A program made the position numbers and the translations under genes. Below, in pieces: positions 1 to 9,741 of a DNA stretch of 64,000 nt; position 1 is the first letter of the stretch; every line of letters begins with the position of its first letter. Below the pieces are notes generated by a model. The model had not been told where the DNA came from. It did not search any database and saw only the letters and a list, made by a program, of their open reading frames with translations. Location of the stretch: NCBI GenBank assembly GCA_965202665.1, contig OZ241841.1, positions 2,048,001 to 2,112,000 of the forward strand, in the 5' to 3' direction. The DNA is from Candidatus Spongiisociaceae bacterium. Its GTDB lineage: Bacteria; Actinomycetota; Acidimicrobiia; Spongiisociales; Spongiisociaceae.

Positions 1-195
1 TACCGCATCACCCTGCCCGGCTCCATTTTCCTGGGGCTGATTTCGGTGTTGCCCGCCATCGCCTCCGCCATCTGGGAGATCCCGGTCGGGTTCTCCGGTG
101 TGTCCATCCTGATCGTGGTGGGGGTGGCTTTGGAGACGATGAAGCAGATCGAAAGCCAGATCACGATGCGCAACTACGAGGGGTTCCTGACTTGA
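1..195 (+). CDS. secY: Preprotein translocase SecY, 3' end (partial)
   Basis: Frame 1 reads [18 protein letters not shown]...[35 protein letters not shown], the typical SecY C-terminus; lies directly upstream of adk. Confidence 0.95.
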   Translation, partial: YRITLPGSIFLGLISVLPAIASAIWEIPVGFSGVSILIVVGVALETMKQIESQITMRNYEGFLT

Positions 196-752
196 ACGTT
201 CCCGGCATGAGGTTGATCTTCCTGGGGGCCCCTGGGGCCGGCAAGGGCACCCAGGCGGAGCGCACCGCGGCCTCTTTGGGCGTCCCGCACATTTCCACCG
301 GCGATATTTTCCGCCGGAACATGGCCGACGGCACACCGCTGGGCCGGCGGGTGCGGGAAATCGTGGAAGGGGGGGGCCTGGTCCCCGATGAGATCACCAC
401 GCAACTGGTCGTCGACCGGCTCGCCCAGCCGGACGCCCTCTCCGGTTTCATCCTGGACGGATTCCCCCGCACCCTGGGCCAGGCCCGCGCTTTGGAGGAG
501 GCGCTGGGCGATGAGGAGTTGCGGGCGGTGGTGGCTTTGGAGGTACCCTCCGATGAGTTGGTGCGGCGCATGCTGGCCCGGGGCCGGGCCGACGACTCCG
601 AGGAGTCCATCCGCCGCCGCTTGCGGGTGTACGCCGAGGAGACGGAGCCGTTGATCGGCTTTTACCGGGACCGCGGTCTTTTGGTCGGAGTGTCGGGGAT
701 GGGCGGGCTTGAGGAGATCGCCGACCGCATTTTGGCGGGCCTCGGCGTCTGA
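192..752 (+). CDS. adk: Adenylate kinase (short LID type); start may be ATG at 207
   Basis: [12 protein letters not shown]-loop, [25 protein letters not shown]. Confidence 0.96.
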   Translation: MNVPGMRLIFLGAPGAGKGTQAERTAASLGVPHISTGDIFRRNMADGTPLGRRVREIVEGGGLVPDEITTQLVVDRLAQPDALSGFILDGFPRTLGQARALEEALGDEELRAVVALEVPSDELVRRMLARGRADDSEESIRRRLRVYAEETEPLIGFYRDRGLLVGVSGMGGLEEIADRILAGLGV

Positions 753-782
753 ATACGGGGCCGTCCGCAGGTCGTAAGTCCG

Positions 783-1556
783 ATGATCACCATCAAAAAC
801 CGCTCCGAGTTCGCCAAGATGGCGGAGGCCGGGGCGTGCGTGGCGGCGGTGCATGAGGCGGTGGCGGAGGCGGCCGGGGCGGGAGTGTCCCTGGAATTCC
901 TGGATCAGGTGGCGGCCAAAGTGATCCGCTCCCGCGGTTGCCGGCCTTCTTTTTTGGGCTACCGGGGTTTCCCCGCCAATATTTGCGCTTCTCCCAACCA
1001 GGTGGTGGTGCACGGCATCCCCAACGGTTATCGTTTGGCGGAGGGCGACGTGCTGTCCATCGACGCCGGGGCCGTCTACGAGGGCTATCACGGGGACGCG
1101 GCCATCACCATCGGCATCGGGGAGATCTCCCCGGAGGCGGAGCGACTGTTGGAATACACCCGGCGGGCCCTGTGGGCGGGGATCGATCAGACGGTGGCCG
1201 GGGCCCGCACCGGCGACATCGGGCATGCGGTGGAGATGGTGGGCGACGCCCAAGGTTACGGGGTGGTGCGCAACTACGTGGGGCACGGCATCGGGCGGGC
1301 CATGCACGAAAGCCCCCAGGTTCCCAACTACGGCCCCCCCGGCAAAGGAGTGCGCCTGAGAACCGGGATGGCCATCTGCATCGAACCGATGTTCAATCTG
1401 GGAACCGCGGAGACGGTTCTGCAGGAGGACGGCTGGACGGTGGTCACCGCCGACTCCCATATTTCCGCCCATTTTGAGCATACGGTGGCCTTGACCGAGG
1501 ACGGCCCGCAGGTGTTCACCGTCAGCGATTTGCTTTCCGCCCGCCCGAATGGCTAG
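783..1556 (+). CDS. map: Methionine aminopeptidase type I
   Basis: VVHGIP, SIDAG, YHGDAA, GHGIGRAMHE, IEPM, SAHFEHTV. Confidence 0.96.
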   Translation: MITIKNRSEFAKMAEAGACVAAVHEAVAEAAGAGVSLEFLDQVAAKVIRSRGCRPSFLGYRGFPANICASPNQVVVHGIPNGYRLAEGDVLSIDAGAVYEGYHGDAAITIGIGEISPEAERLLEYTRRALWAGIDQTVAGARTGDIGHAVEMVGDAQGYGVVRNYVGHGIGRAMHESPQVPNYGPPGKGVRLRTGMAICIEPMFNLGTAETVLQEDGWTVVTADSHISAHFEHTVALTEDGPQVFTVSDLLSARPNG

Positions 1557-1559
1557 AAT
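1530..1559 (+). promoter_or_regulatory. Putative sigma70-type promoter for the rpmJ-rpsM operon
   Basis: TTGCTT (1530-1535), 18-nt spacer, TAGAAT (1554-1559). Confidence 0.45.
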
Positions 1560-1703
1560 AATGATTCGGTCGCGGCGCCGGTCCCGGCGGGCCCGTTCGC
1601 GTCCGTTATGTTCGCGCAACCACAAGTTCCGCCTGGGCGGGAGCTTGTCCCGCCGCGGACAAAGTTAGCCGAAGACCAGCCGAACAACCCGGGAGACGGG
1701 GAA

Positions 1704-1817
1704 ATGAAAGTAAAGCCGTCCACCAAAAAAATGTGCGACAACTGCCGGATAATCCGCCGCCGGGGGCGGGTGTGGGTGGTGTGCTCCAATCCCCGTCACA
1801 AGCAACGACAAGGCTGA
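1704..1817 (+). CDS. rpmJ: 50S ribosomal protein L36 (zinc-binding form)
   Basis: [37 protein letters not shown]; ATG at 1704. Confidence 0.97.
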   Translation: MKVKPSTKKMCDNCRIIRRRGRVWVVCSNPRHKQRQG

Positions 1818-1867
1818 GCGCCGGGTTGCGCTAAGCGAATCTAGAAACAAAGGGCCCGAGAAACAAC

Positions 1868-2248
1868 ATGGCACGCATCGCAGGAGTCGACCTTCCCCGC
1901 GCCAAGCGGCTGGAGATCGGCCTGACCTACATTTACGGGATCGGAATTTCCACTTCCCGCCGCGTCTGTTCCGAGTTGCGCATCAACCCCGACACCAAAG
2001 TGCAGGAGCTGTCGGATGAGGAGGTGGCGGCCATCCGCTCCTACATCCAGGGCAACCTGCGGGTGGAAGGGGATCTGCGCCGCAACGTCAACCAGAACAT
2101 CAAGCGCAAAATGGAGATCGGCTGTTATCAGGGACTGCGCCACCGACGGGGTTTGCCGGTGCGCGGCCAGCGCACCCACACCAACGCCCGCACCCGCAAA
2201 GGACGGAGCATCGCCATCGCCGGCAAGAAGAAGGTGGTTAAGAAGTAA
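1868..2248 (+). CDS. rpsM: 30S ribosomal protein S13
   Basis: [42 protein letters not shown]. Confidence 0.98.
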   Translation: MARIAGVDLPRAKRLEIGLTYIYGIGISTSRRVCSELRINPDTKVQELSDEEVAAIRSYIQGNLRVEGDLRRNVNQNIKRKMEIGCYQGLRHRRGLPVRGQRTHTNARTRKGRSIAIAGKKKVVKK

Positions 2249-2637
2249 TGGCCGCCGCCCGCAAACGGACCCGTCGTCGGGAGCGCCGCAACCTCACGCG
2301 CGGTGCCGCCCACATCAAAGCCAGTTTCAACAACACCATCATCACCATCACCGACGTGAGCGGCAACACGGTGGCGTGGACTTCGGGCGGTTCGGTGGGT
2401 TTCAAAGGTTCCCGCAAGTCCACGCCCTACGCGGCCCAGGTGGCGGCCGAGGAAGCCACCCGCCGGGCCAACGAACACGGCATCCGCAAACTGGAGGTGA
2501 TCGTGAGCGGCACCGGGACCGGCAAGGACACCGCGGTGCGAACCATGCAGAACCTGGGGATGGAAGTGACGCAGGTGCGGGACGTGACGCCCGTTCCCCA
2601 CAACGGTTGCCGCCCCAAAAAGCGGCGCCGGGGCTAG
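2248..2637 (+). CDS. rpsK: 30S ribosomal protein S11
   Basis: [37 protein letters not shown]. Confidence 0.98.
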   Translation: MAAARKRTRRRERRNLTRGAAHIKASFNNTIITITDVSGNTVAWTSGGSVGFKGSRKSTPYAAQVAAEEATRRANEHGIRKLEVIVSGTGTGKDTAVRTMQNLGMEVTQVRDVTPVPHNGCRPKKRRRG

Positions 2638-2647
2638 GAGGCGGCAG

Positions 2648-3256
2648 ATGGCCCGTTACACCGGACCCCGCACCCGCCGCAGCCGGCGCGTCGGCCAGTT
2701 GCTCGATGACAACAAGGCCAAGTACTACGACCGCCGCCCCTACCCGCCGGGGGAGCACGGCCGGCGCCGCATTCGGGAAACCGACTATCTGATCCAGATG
2801 CGGGAGAAGCAAAAGATGCGCCAGATCTACGGGGTGCTGGAGAAGCAGTTTCGCCGCTACTACCGGGAGGCGGCCCGCAGCAAGGGCATCACCGGCGACA
2901 CCCTGCTTCAGTTTTTGGAATGCCGGCTGGACAACGTGGTCTACCGGGCCGGGTTCGCCCGCACCCGCCCCCAGGCCCGGCAGATGGTCAACCACGGCCA
3001 TTTCCGGGTGAACGACCGCAAAGTGGACATCCCCTCCTACCGGGTGCGGGCGGGGGATGTGGTGACGGTCAAAGACCGTTCCCGCGACTCCATCGTCATC
3101 CGACAGGCTTTGGACACGTTGGGCGAACGTATCACTCCGGGTTGGCTGGAGGTCCAACCCGATGACCGCCAAATCACGGTGTCGCAGATACCCAACCGTT
3201 CTCAGATCGACACCGAAGTCCAGGAGCAACTGGTGGTGGAGTTGTACTCCAAGTAG
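2648..3256 (+). CDS. rpsD: 30S ribosomal protein S4
   Basis: MARYTGP, EKQK, RLDNVVYRAGFA, ARQMVNHGH, VVELYSK. Confidence 0.98.
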   Translation: MARYTGPRTRRSRRVGQLLDDNKAKYYDRRPYPPGEHGRRRIRETDYLIQMREKQKMRQIYGVLEKQFRRYYREAARSKGITGDTLLQFLECRLDNVVYRAGFARTRPQARQMVNHGHFRVNDRKVDIPSYRVRAGDVVTVKDRSRDSIVIRQALDTLGERITPGWLEVQPDDRQITVSQIPNRSQIDTEVQEQLVVELYSK

Positions 3257-3336
3257 CGCCGGCGCACGGGCGGGTCCCAAGCCGCCGGGCGGGGGAAGTT
3301 TGACAAATAAGCCAAGCAGGAGAGGCTGTAACACAA

Positions 3337-4299
3337 GTGCAAGCTTTGATAGTTCAACGTCCTGAAATTCAGTTCCGGTCGGTAACCCCGACGCGGGCGC
3401 AGTTCGTAGTGGAGCCGTTGGAGCCCGGGTTCGGGCACACTTTGGGCAACACGATGCGGCGCACTTTGCTGTCCCGTATTCCGGGGGCGGCGGTTTCCAG
3501 CGTCCGCATCGAGAAGGCCCCTCACGAGTTCACCACCGTTCCCGGGGTGGAGGAGGACGTGGTGGACATCGTGCTCAACATCAAAGGATTGATAGTGCGC
3601 ATGCTGGACCCGGAGCCGCAGGTGCTTACCTTGTCGGTGAAGGGCCCGGGCCGGGCCACCGCCGCCGACTTGAAAATTCCCAGCGGGGTGGAGGTGGTCA
3701 ACCCCGACCTGCACATAGCCGCTTTGTCGGAGGGGGGCGTGTTGCAGATGGAACTGACCGTGGAGCAGGGGGTGGGATACCGGAGCGCCGAGAAAAACAA
3801 GCATTCCGATGTGATAGGGGTCATACCGGTGGATTCCATTTTTTCCCCGGTGCGGCATGTGGCTTTCCGGGTGGAACCCACCCAGGTGGGGCAGATGACC
3901 AACTTCGACCAGTTGGTGGTGGATGTGGAAACTGATGGTTCCATCGCCCCCCAGGAGGCGGTTTCCTCGGCGGGGAAGACCTTGCGGGAGTTGCTGGGCC
4001 TGTTCGCCGACGCCGGGGAGGGGATCGGTTTGGAGTTGGGCGACGTCCCGATAGCCGATGCGGTCGCCTCCGACTTGGATTTGGAAATCGACGTGCTGGA
4101 CCTGTCGGAGCGCCCCCGCAACTGCCTGCGCCGGGCCCACATCAACACGGTGGGCGATTTGGTGCGCTCCACCGAGAAGGATCTGCTGGCCATCACCAAC
4201 TTCGGTCATAAGAGCCTGGAGGAGGTGATAGCCAAGTTGGACAGCCTCGGTTTGAGCATCGCCGCCCCCGAAGATGAGGAGGAGGAGGTTTCGGACTGA
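3337..4299 (+). CDS. rpoA: RNA polymerase subunit alpha
   Basis: [62 protein letters not shown]. Confidence 0.98.
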   Translation: MQALIVQRPEIQFRSVTPTRAQFVVEPLEPGFGHTLGNTMRRTLLSRIPGAAVSSVRIEKAPHEFTTVPGVEEDVVDIVLNIKGLIVRMLDPEPQVLTLSVKGPGRATAADLKIPSGVEVVNPDLHIAALSEGGVLQMELTVEQGVGYRSAEKNKHSDVIGVIPVDSIFSPVRHVAFRVEPTQVGQMTNFDQLVVDVETDGSIAPQEAVSSAGKTLRELLGLFADAGEGIGLELGDVPIADAVASDLDLEIDVLDLSERPRNCLRRAHINTVGDLVRSTEKDLLAITNFGHKSLEEVIAKLDSLGLSIAAPEDEEEEVSD

Positions 4300-4649
4300 T
4301 GCCCCGTCCCCGCAAAGGCCGCCGCCTGGGGGGAGGCCCCGCCCATCAGAAGGCCATCCTGTCCAATTTGGCCCAGTCGCTGATTTGGGACGGGCGGATC
4401 ACCACCACCCTCACCAAGGCCAAAGTGTTGCGCCCCTACGTGGAGAAGGTGATCACCAAAGCCCGCAAAGGCGGTTTGCATAACAGGCGCTTGGTGCTGG
4501 CCGACCTGCCCGACTTGGAGGTGGTCACCAAACTGTTCGACGAGGTGGGCCCACGCTACCGGGGGAGGCCGGGCGGTTACACCCGCATCGTCAAAATCGG
4601 CCCCCGCCGGGGCGACAACGCCGAGATGGCCGTAATAGAACTAGTCTGA
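4299..4649 (+). CDS. rplQ: 50S ribosomal protein L17
   Basis: [37 protein letters not shown]. Confidence 0.98.
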   Translation: MPRPRKGRRLGGGPAHQKAILSNLAQSLIWDGRITTTLTKAKVLRPYVEKVITKARKGGLHNRRLVLADLPDLEVVTKLFDEVGPRYRGRPGGYTRIVKIGPRRGDNAEMAVIELV

Positions 4650-4738
4650 CCCCCGGCGCCGTCCTTCGCATTCTATTAACGCAACAGGATGATACGATAG
4701 GCGGCAACGGACGACGCATAATGACAGAGGCGGGGTAA

Positions 4739-5233
4739 GTGTTTAGCCAGTTGGTTCGGGCGGGCCGTCTGGACCGGAGCTTTTTCACATCGCTGGTGTT
4801 CGAGGAGCGGGCGGTGGGCAACGCAGTGGCCATTATGGCCGGGCTGGGAATAATTATGTTCGCCCGCCTTTCGGTGTTTTCCATCGTTTACGCCGCCTTG
4901 TACGGGATGTTGCGGGGCCTCATTTCGGCTGGTTTTTTATGGGTGGCGGCCGCTCTGGTTTTCAGACGGTCGGGCCGGTTTCTGACCACCTTCCGTCTGG
5001 CCGGGTTCGCCCACGTCGGGTTCGCCCCGGCGGTGGTGGTTTCGTTCGTACCGGGGTCCGTTCCGGGGGCGGTGTGGCTGTCCCTGGCGGCCCTGCTGGT
5101 TTCTTTGGCCTGGTACGGGGCGGCGATGAGCGTGGCCGCCGAGGCCCAGTTCGACCTGATCGGCGGTCGGGCCTGGCTGTGCGGGGCGGCGGCCGCAGTC
5201 GGATGGCTGATAGCCCGGCAGCTCGGCATATAA
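4739..5233 (+). CDS. Hypothetical integral membrane protein (Yip1-like topology possible)
   Basis: About five hydrophobic segments; fills the rplQ-truA gap and ends 7 nt before truA. Confidence 0.6.
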   Translation: MFSQLVRAGRLDRSFFTSLVFEERAVGNAVAIMAGLGIIMFARLSVFSIVYAALYGMLRGLISAGFLWVAAALVFRRSGRFLTTFRLAGFAHVGFAPAVVVSFVPGSVPGAVWLSLAALLVSLAWYGAAMSVAAEAQFDLIGGRAWLCGAAAAVGWLIARQLGI

Positions 5234-5240
5234 GTTTCTC

Positions 5241-6002
5241 ATGGCCGATCCGCCCATTGTTTTCCGACTGGATTTGTCGTACGACGGGGAGGGTTTTCAC
5301 GGTTACGCCCGCCAGCCGGACCTGCGCACCGTGCAGGGCGAGTTGGAGCAGGCCTTAGCCCGCGTTCTGGGCGGAATAGGTTTCGAGACCGAGGCGGCGG
5401 GGCGCACCGATGCCGGGGTGCACGCCCGTCAGCAGGTGGTGGGAGTGGTGTTGGAGGCGGGTGCTGGGGATCCGCCCGCCGCGGGCCGCCTGGCCGGGTC
5501 GCTGAGCAAGATACTGGCTCCGGAGATTGCCGTGTTCCGGGCGGTGCGGGCCCCCGCCGGATTTTCGGCCCGCTTCGACGCGGTGCGCCGCACCTACCGC
5601 TACCGCATCCTGAACCGGGAGTTCCCCGACCCGCTCCGCCGCCGTATCGCGTGGCATGTCAAACACCCGTTGGATGTGGAGGGAATGAACCGGGCGGTGG
5701 GGCATCTGCGGGGCGAGCACGACTTCGCCTCCTTCTGCCGCCGGGCGGAGGGCCGTTCCACCGTGCGCACGGTGGAGAGGGCGGTGTGGAGTTCCCGCCC
5801 CGACGACATGCTCCGTTTCGAGATTTCCGCCTCCGCTTTCTGCCATCAGATGGTGCGTTCCATCACCGCCTGGTCGGTGGAGGTAGGCCGCGGCCGCCGC
5901 TCCCCGGAGGAAACCCCGTCCGTCCTAGCGGCCCAAGACCGGGCCGCCGCCGCCGGAGCCGCCCCGCCCCACGGCCTAACCCTCTGGCAAGTGGACTACT
6001 GA
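5241..6002 (+). CDS. truA: tRNA pseudouridine(38-40) synthase
   Basis: YDGEGFHGYARQ, AGRTDAGVHA, FSARFDA, HDFASF, FCHQMVR, APPHGLTL. Confidence 0.96.
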   Translation: MADPPIVFRLDLSYDGEGFHGYARQPDLRTVQGELEQALARVLGGIGFETEAAGRTDAGVHARQQVVGVVLEAGAGDPPAAGRLAGSLSKILAPEIAVFRAVRAPAGFSARFDAVRRTYRYRILNREFPDPLRRRIAWHVKHPLDVEGMNRAVGHLRGEHDFASFCRRAEGRSTVRTVERAVWSSRPDDMLRFEISASAFCHQMVRSITAWSVEVGRGRRSPEETPSVLAAQDRAAAAGAAPPHGLTLWQVDY

Positions 6003-6041
6003 GTTCATATACGCACTGTATTCGGCTAAGCGTTGGCTTAA

Positions 6042-8024
6042 TCAAGGGTTGAGGACTGCTAGGAGTTGGTTGGCTTCTACTTGGTCGCCGGGGGTTATGT
6101 TGACCGAGGCCACCACCCCGGAGCGGGGGGCGGAGATGGTGTGTTCCATTTTCATCGCCTCCAGCACCACCAGCGGTTCTCCGGCTTCCACCTGTTGGCC
6201 GGCCGTCGCTTCCACCCGCAGGATTTTGCCGGGCATCGGAGAATGCAACGACCCGGTTTCGGCCTCCGCTTCCGCCACCGGCAGGCGGGGAAGCAGGGTC
6301 AAAGTCGCATCCGCTACGGCGGTATCCACGAACCGGCGGTCGCCCGCCCGGGCTACCTGAAAAATGCGGTCCACTCCCCGCCAACGCAGGCGCACCCGGT
6401 CGGGGGCGGCCTCCAACAGCTCCGCTTGCGGACGGGCCTCCCCGTCTATTTCCACCGTCGCCCCGTCCTCCCTCATCCGGTAGCCCACTTTTATTTCCCG
6501 CTCCCCGAACCGGTACCGGTCGTAGATCAACTGGGAGGGGTTGTTGCGGTAGCCGGAGGGGACGGCGGCCAGTACCTTGGCCTGCGCCCTCCGCTCCGCT
6601 TGGCCCGCTAAAGAAGCCGCCGCGGCCATCGCCTCCAAATCCTCCCCTTCGGCCAGCGGCGCCCCCAGCCGGGCCGCGTCCTGGCGGTCCAGCCAGCCGG
6701 TGTCCGCCCGTCCCGCCGCAAAATCCTCGTGTTCCAAGATGCGCGCCAACAGTTCCCGGTTGGTGATCAGGCCGTGGATGCGGGCCGCCCGCAAGCCCGA
6801 TGCCAACTTGCGGGCCGCCCCCGCCCGATCCTCCGCCCAAGAAATCGCTTTGGCCACCAGCGGATCGTAGAAAACGGAGATCTGCGAACCCGACTCCGGT
6901 CCGGCGTCCACCCGCAGGCCCTCCGGAAACTCCAGACGATGCAGGGTTCCGGTCTGGGGCAGGAAACCCCGGGCCGGGTCCTCGGCGTACAACCGGGCTT
7001 CGATGGCGTGCCCCCGCATCCCCCGCCGCCGCGCCGACTCCAACACCGGGGACAGGTCGGCCCCCTCCGCCGACCGGATCTGCAGCTCAACCAAGTCCAG
7101 GCCGGTCACCGCCTCGGTCACCGGATGCTCCACCTGCAGGCGGGCGTTCATTTCCAAAAACCAGAACGACCCGTCCTCTTCAACCAGGAACTCCGCCGTT
7201 CCCGCCCCCTCGTAGGACGCCGCCCGGGCCAGCGCAACCGCCGCCGCCCCCAGCCGTTCCCGCAGGTCGTCGTTCACCGCCGGGGAAGGGGCTTCTTCTA
7301 TCACCTTCTGATAACGCCGTTGCACCGAACATTCCCGTTCAAACAGGAAACCGACGTTCCCGCGCCGGTCGGCCATCACCTGCACCTCGATGTGGCGGGG
7401 CCGCTCCAGGAACCGCTCCAGCAGAAGCGCCCCGTCCCCGAAAGCCGAAACCGCTTCCCGGCCCGCCGCCCGCGTCGCCTCCTCCAGTTCCCCCGCCTCC
7501 CGCACGATGCGCATGCCTTTCCCGCCGCCCCCCGCCGAAGCTTTCACCAGCAACGGAAACCCGACCTCCTCCGCCGCCTCCCGCAGGCCGGTCCCGTCCG
7601 CCGCCGCCCTCGCCGCCAGAACCGGAACCCCCGCCCCGGCCGCGATGGCCTTCGCCTCCGCCTTGGAACCCATCGCCCGCATCGCTTCCGTCGGGGGTCC
7701 GATGAAAATCAGCCCCGCTTCCCGGCAGGCGGCGGCGAAGTCGGCGTTTTCCGCCAGGAACCCGTATCCGGGATGGACGGCGTCCGCCCCCGCCGCCCGC
7801 GCCGCCGCCACCGTCTTGCTGATGTCCAAGTAGGAGGCGGAAGGTTCCGAACCCCCCAGATGAACCGCCGCCGACGCCTCCCGCGCGAACGGCTCATCCG
7901 CGTCCGCATCCGAATAGACGGCCGCCGCGTCTATTCCCAGGCGGCGGCAGGTGCGGAACACCCGGCGGGCGATCTCCCCCCGGTTGGCGACCAGTATTCG
8001 GCGTATCGTTGCCTTCCCGTTCAT
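6042..8024 (-). CDS. Acyl-CoA carboxylase alpha subunit (biotin carboxylase + biotin carrier), MCC/geranyl-CoA carboxylase-like
   Basis: ILVANRGEIA, HPGYGFLAEN, GGGGKGMR, ERECSVQRR, EMNARLQVEHPVTE, EAMKM biotinylation motif; ATG at 8024. Confidence 0.92.
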   Translation of the reverse strand: MNGKATIRRILVANRGEIARRVFRTCRRLGIDAAAVYSDADADEPFAREASAAVHLGGSEPSASYLDISKTVAAARAAGADAVHPGYGFLAENADFAAACREAGLIFIGPPTEAMRAMGSKAEAKAIAAGAGVPVLAARAAADGTGLREAAEEVGFPLLVKASAGGGGKGMRIVREAGELEEATRAAGREAVSAFGDGALLLERFLERPRHIEVQVMADRRGNVGFLFERECSVQRRYQKVIEEAPSPAVNDDLRERLGAAAVALARAASYEGAGTAEFLVEEDGSFWFLEMNARLQVEHPVTEAVTGLDLVELQIRSAEGADLSPVLESARRRGMRGHAIEARLYAEDPARGFLPQTGTLHRLEFPEGLRVDAGPESGSQISVFYDPLVAKAISWAEDRAGAARKLASGLRAARIHGLITNRELLARILEHEDFAAGRADTGWLDRQDAARLGAPLAEGEDLEAMAAAASLAGQAERRAQAKVLAAVPSGYRNNPSQLIYDRYRFGEREIKVGYRMREDGATVEIDGEARPQAELLEAAPDRVRLRWRGVDRIFQVARAGDRRFVDTAVADATLTLLPRLPVAEAEAETGSLHSPMPGKILRVEATAGQQVEAGEPLVVLEAMKMEHTISAPRSGVVASVNITPGDQVEANQLLAVLNP

Positions 8025-8034
8025 GCCGCTCCCC

Positions 8035-9634
8035 TCACATCCGGAACACGCCGAAATGGCCGGTTCCCGCCACCTCGCCGGAGTGGACGGCCGACAGGGC
8101 GATGCCCAGCACGGTGCGGGTGTGGCGGGGGTCGATGAGGCCGTCGTCCCGCACCCGGGCCGTGGAGTAATAGGGACTTGACTCTTCTTCAATCTGCTGT
8201 TCGATGGCTTCCCGCCGGGTCGCCGCCTGCTCCTCGTCGTATTCCGCGCCTTTGGCCTCCGCCGCGTTGCGGGCCACGATGTCCAGCACCCCCGCCAACT
8301 GCTCCGGCCCCATCACCGCTATTTTGTGGCTGGGCCAGGAGAACACGAACCGGGGGTCGTAGGCGCGCCCGGCCATCCCGTAGTTGCCCGCCCCGTAGGA
8401 GGCCCCCGCCATGAGGGTTATGTGGGGCACGGCGGAGTTGGTGACCGCGTTGATCATCTTCGCCCCGTCTTTGATGATCCCCCGCCGTTCGTATTCCCTC
8501 CCCACCATGTAGCCGGTGGTGTTTTGGATGAACAGGATGGGGATGTCGTGCATGTTGCACAGGGAGATGAACTCGGTGGCTTTCTGCGCCTCCTCGGAGA
8601 ACAGGACCCCTTGCTGGTTGGCGATTATTCCCAGAGGGAAGCCGTGCAGCGACCCCCAGCCGGTGACCAGCGACCGCCCGTACAGCTGCTTGTATTCGCC
8701 GAAGCGGGAGCCGTCCGCCAGCCGGGCGATCACCGCCCGCATGTCGAACGGGATGCGCAGGTCGGCGGAGGCTATCCCCAGCAGGTCCTCCGCCGGATGC
8801 AACGGGTCGTCCGCCTCCCAGACGGGCCCGTAGCCCAGCTTTTTCCACTTCAAATGGGCCATGATCATCCGCCCGATGCGCAGGCAGTCGTATTCGTCGG
8901 CCGCCAGGTAGTCGGACAGGCCGGACACCGCGGAATGCATTTCCGCCCCGCCCAGTTCCTCGTCGGTGCTGTCCTCCCCGGTGGCCATTTTCACCAGCGG
9001 CGGGCCTCCCAGAAACACTTTGGCCCGTTCTTTGATCATCACCGAATAGTCGGCCATCCCCGGCACGTAGGCCCCGCCCGCGGTGGAGGAGCCGAACACC
9101 AGGGCGATGTTGGGAATGCCCGCCCGGGACATCCGGGTCTGGTTGCGGAACCATTTTCCGCCTTCCACGAACACTTCCGCCTGGGTGGGCAGGTCCGCCC
9201 CGCCCGACTCCACCAGGCTGATGAGGGGCAGGCGGTTCTGAAAGGCGATTTCCTGGGCGCGCAAGGTTTTGCGGGTGGTGAAAGGGTTCATGGACCCTCC
9301 CCGGGAGGTGGGGTCGTGGCCCAGCAAAACGCATTCCACTCCCGACACCGCCCCAATTCCGGTAACCGCGTTGCCCCCGGTGGGAAAGCCGGTTCCCGCC
9401 GCCGCCAGCGGGGACAGTTCCAGAAAAGGGGAGTCTTGGTCGAGGAGCAGTTCGATCCGTTCCCGCACCAGCAGTTTGCCCCGTCGCCGGTGCCGCTCGA
9501 TGTAGCGGGGGCCGCCTCCGGCCCGGGAGTCCGCCAGGCGGGATTCCAGCTCCGCCAAACGTTCCAGCATCGCCTCCCGGTTGCGTTGGAAAAGCGGCTG
9601 GCCGGGGTCCGCCCCGGAGGGGAGAACCGGCAAT
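8035..9634 (-). CDS. Acyl-CoA carboxylase beta (carboxyltransferase) subunit; start approximate
   Basis: RGKLLVRERIELLLD, VESGGADL, AGGAYVPGM, GGPPLVKMATGE, GASYGAGNYGM, C-terminal FGVFRM. Confidence 0.92.
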
Positions 9635-9741
9635 TCGGCGGAGGAGGGGATCACAAACCCGGATAATAGTTGCCCGCCGCGGCGGGCGGGCGGGGGCGCG
9701 GTTCCGCTATTGTGTGGCCAGTCGGACAGGCAGGAGAAGGT

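Noticed and set aside
3300-3336. TTGACA upstream of rpoA as an internal promoter
   Set aside because: No -10-like hexamer at 16-18 nt spacing
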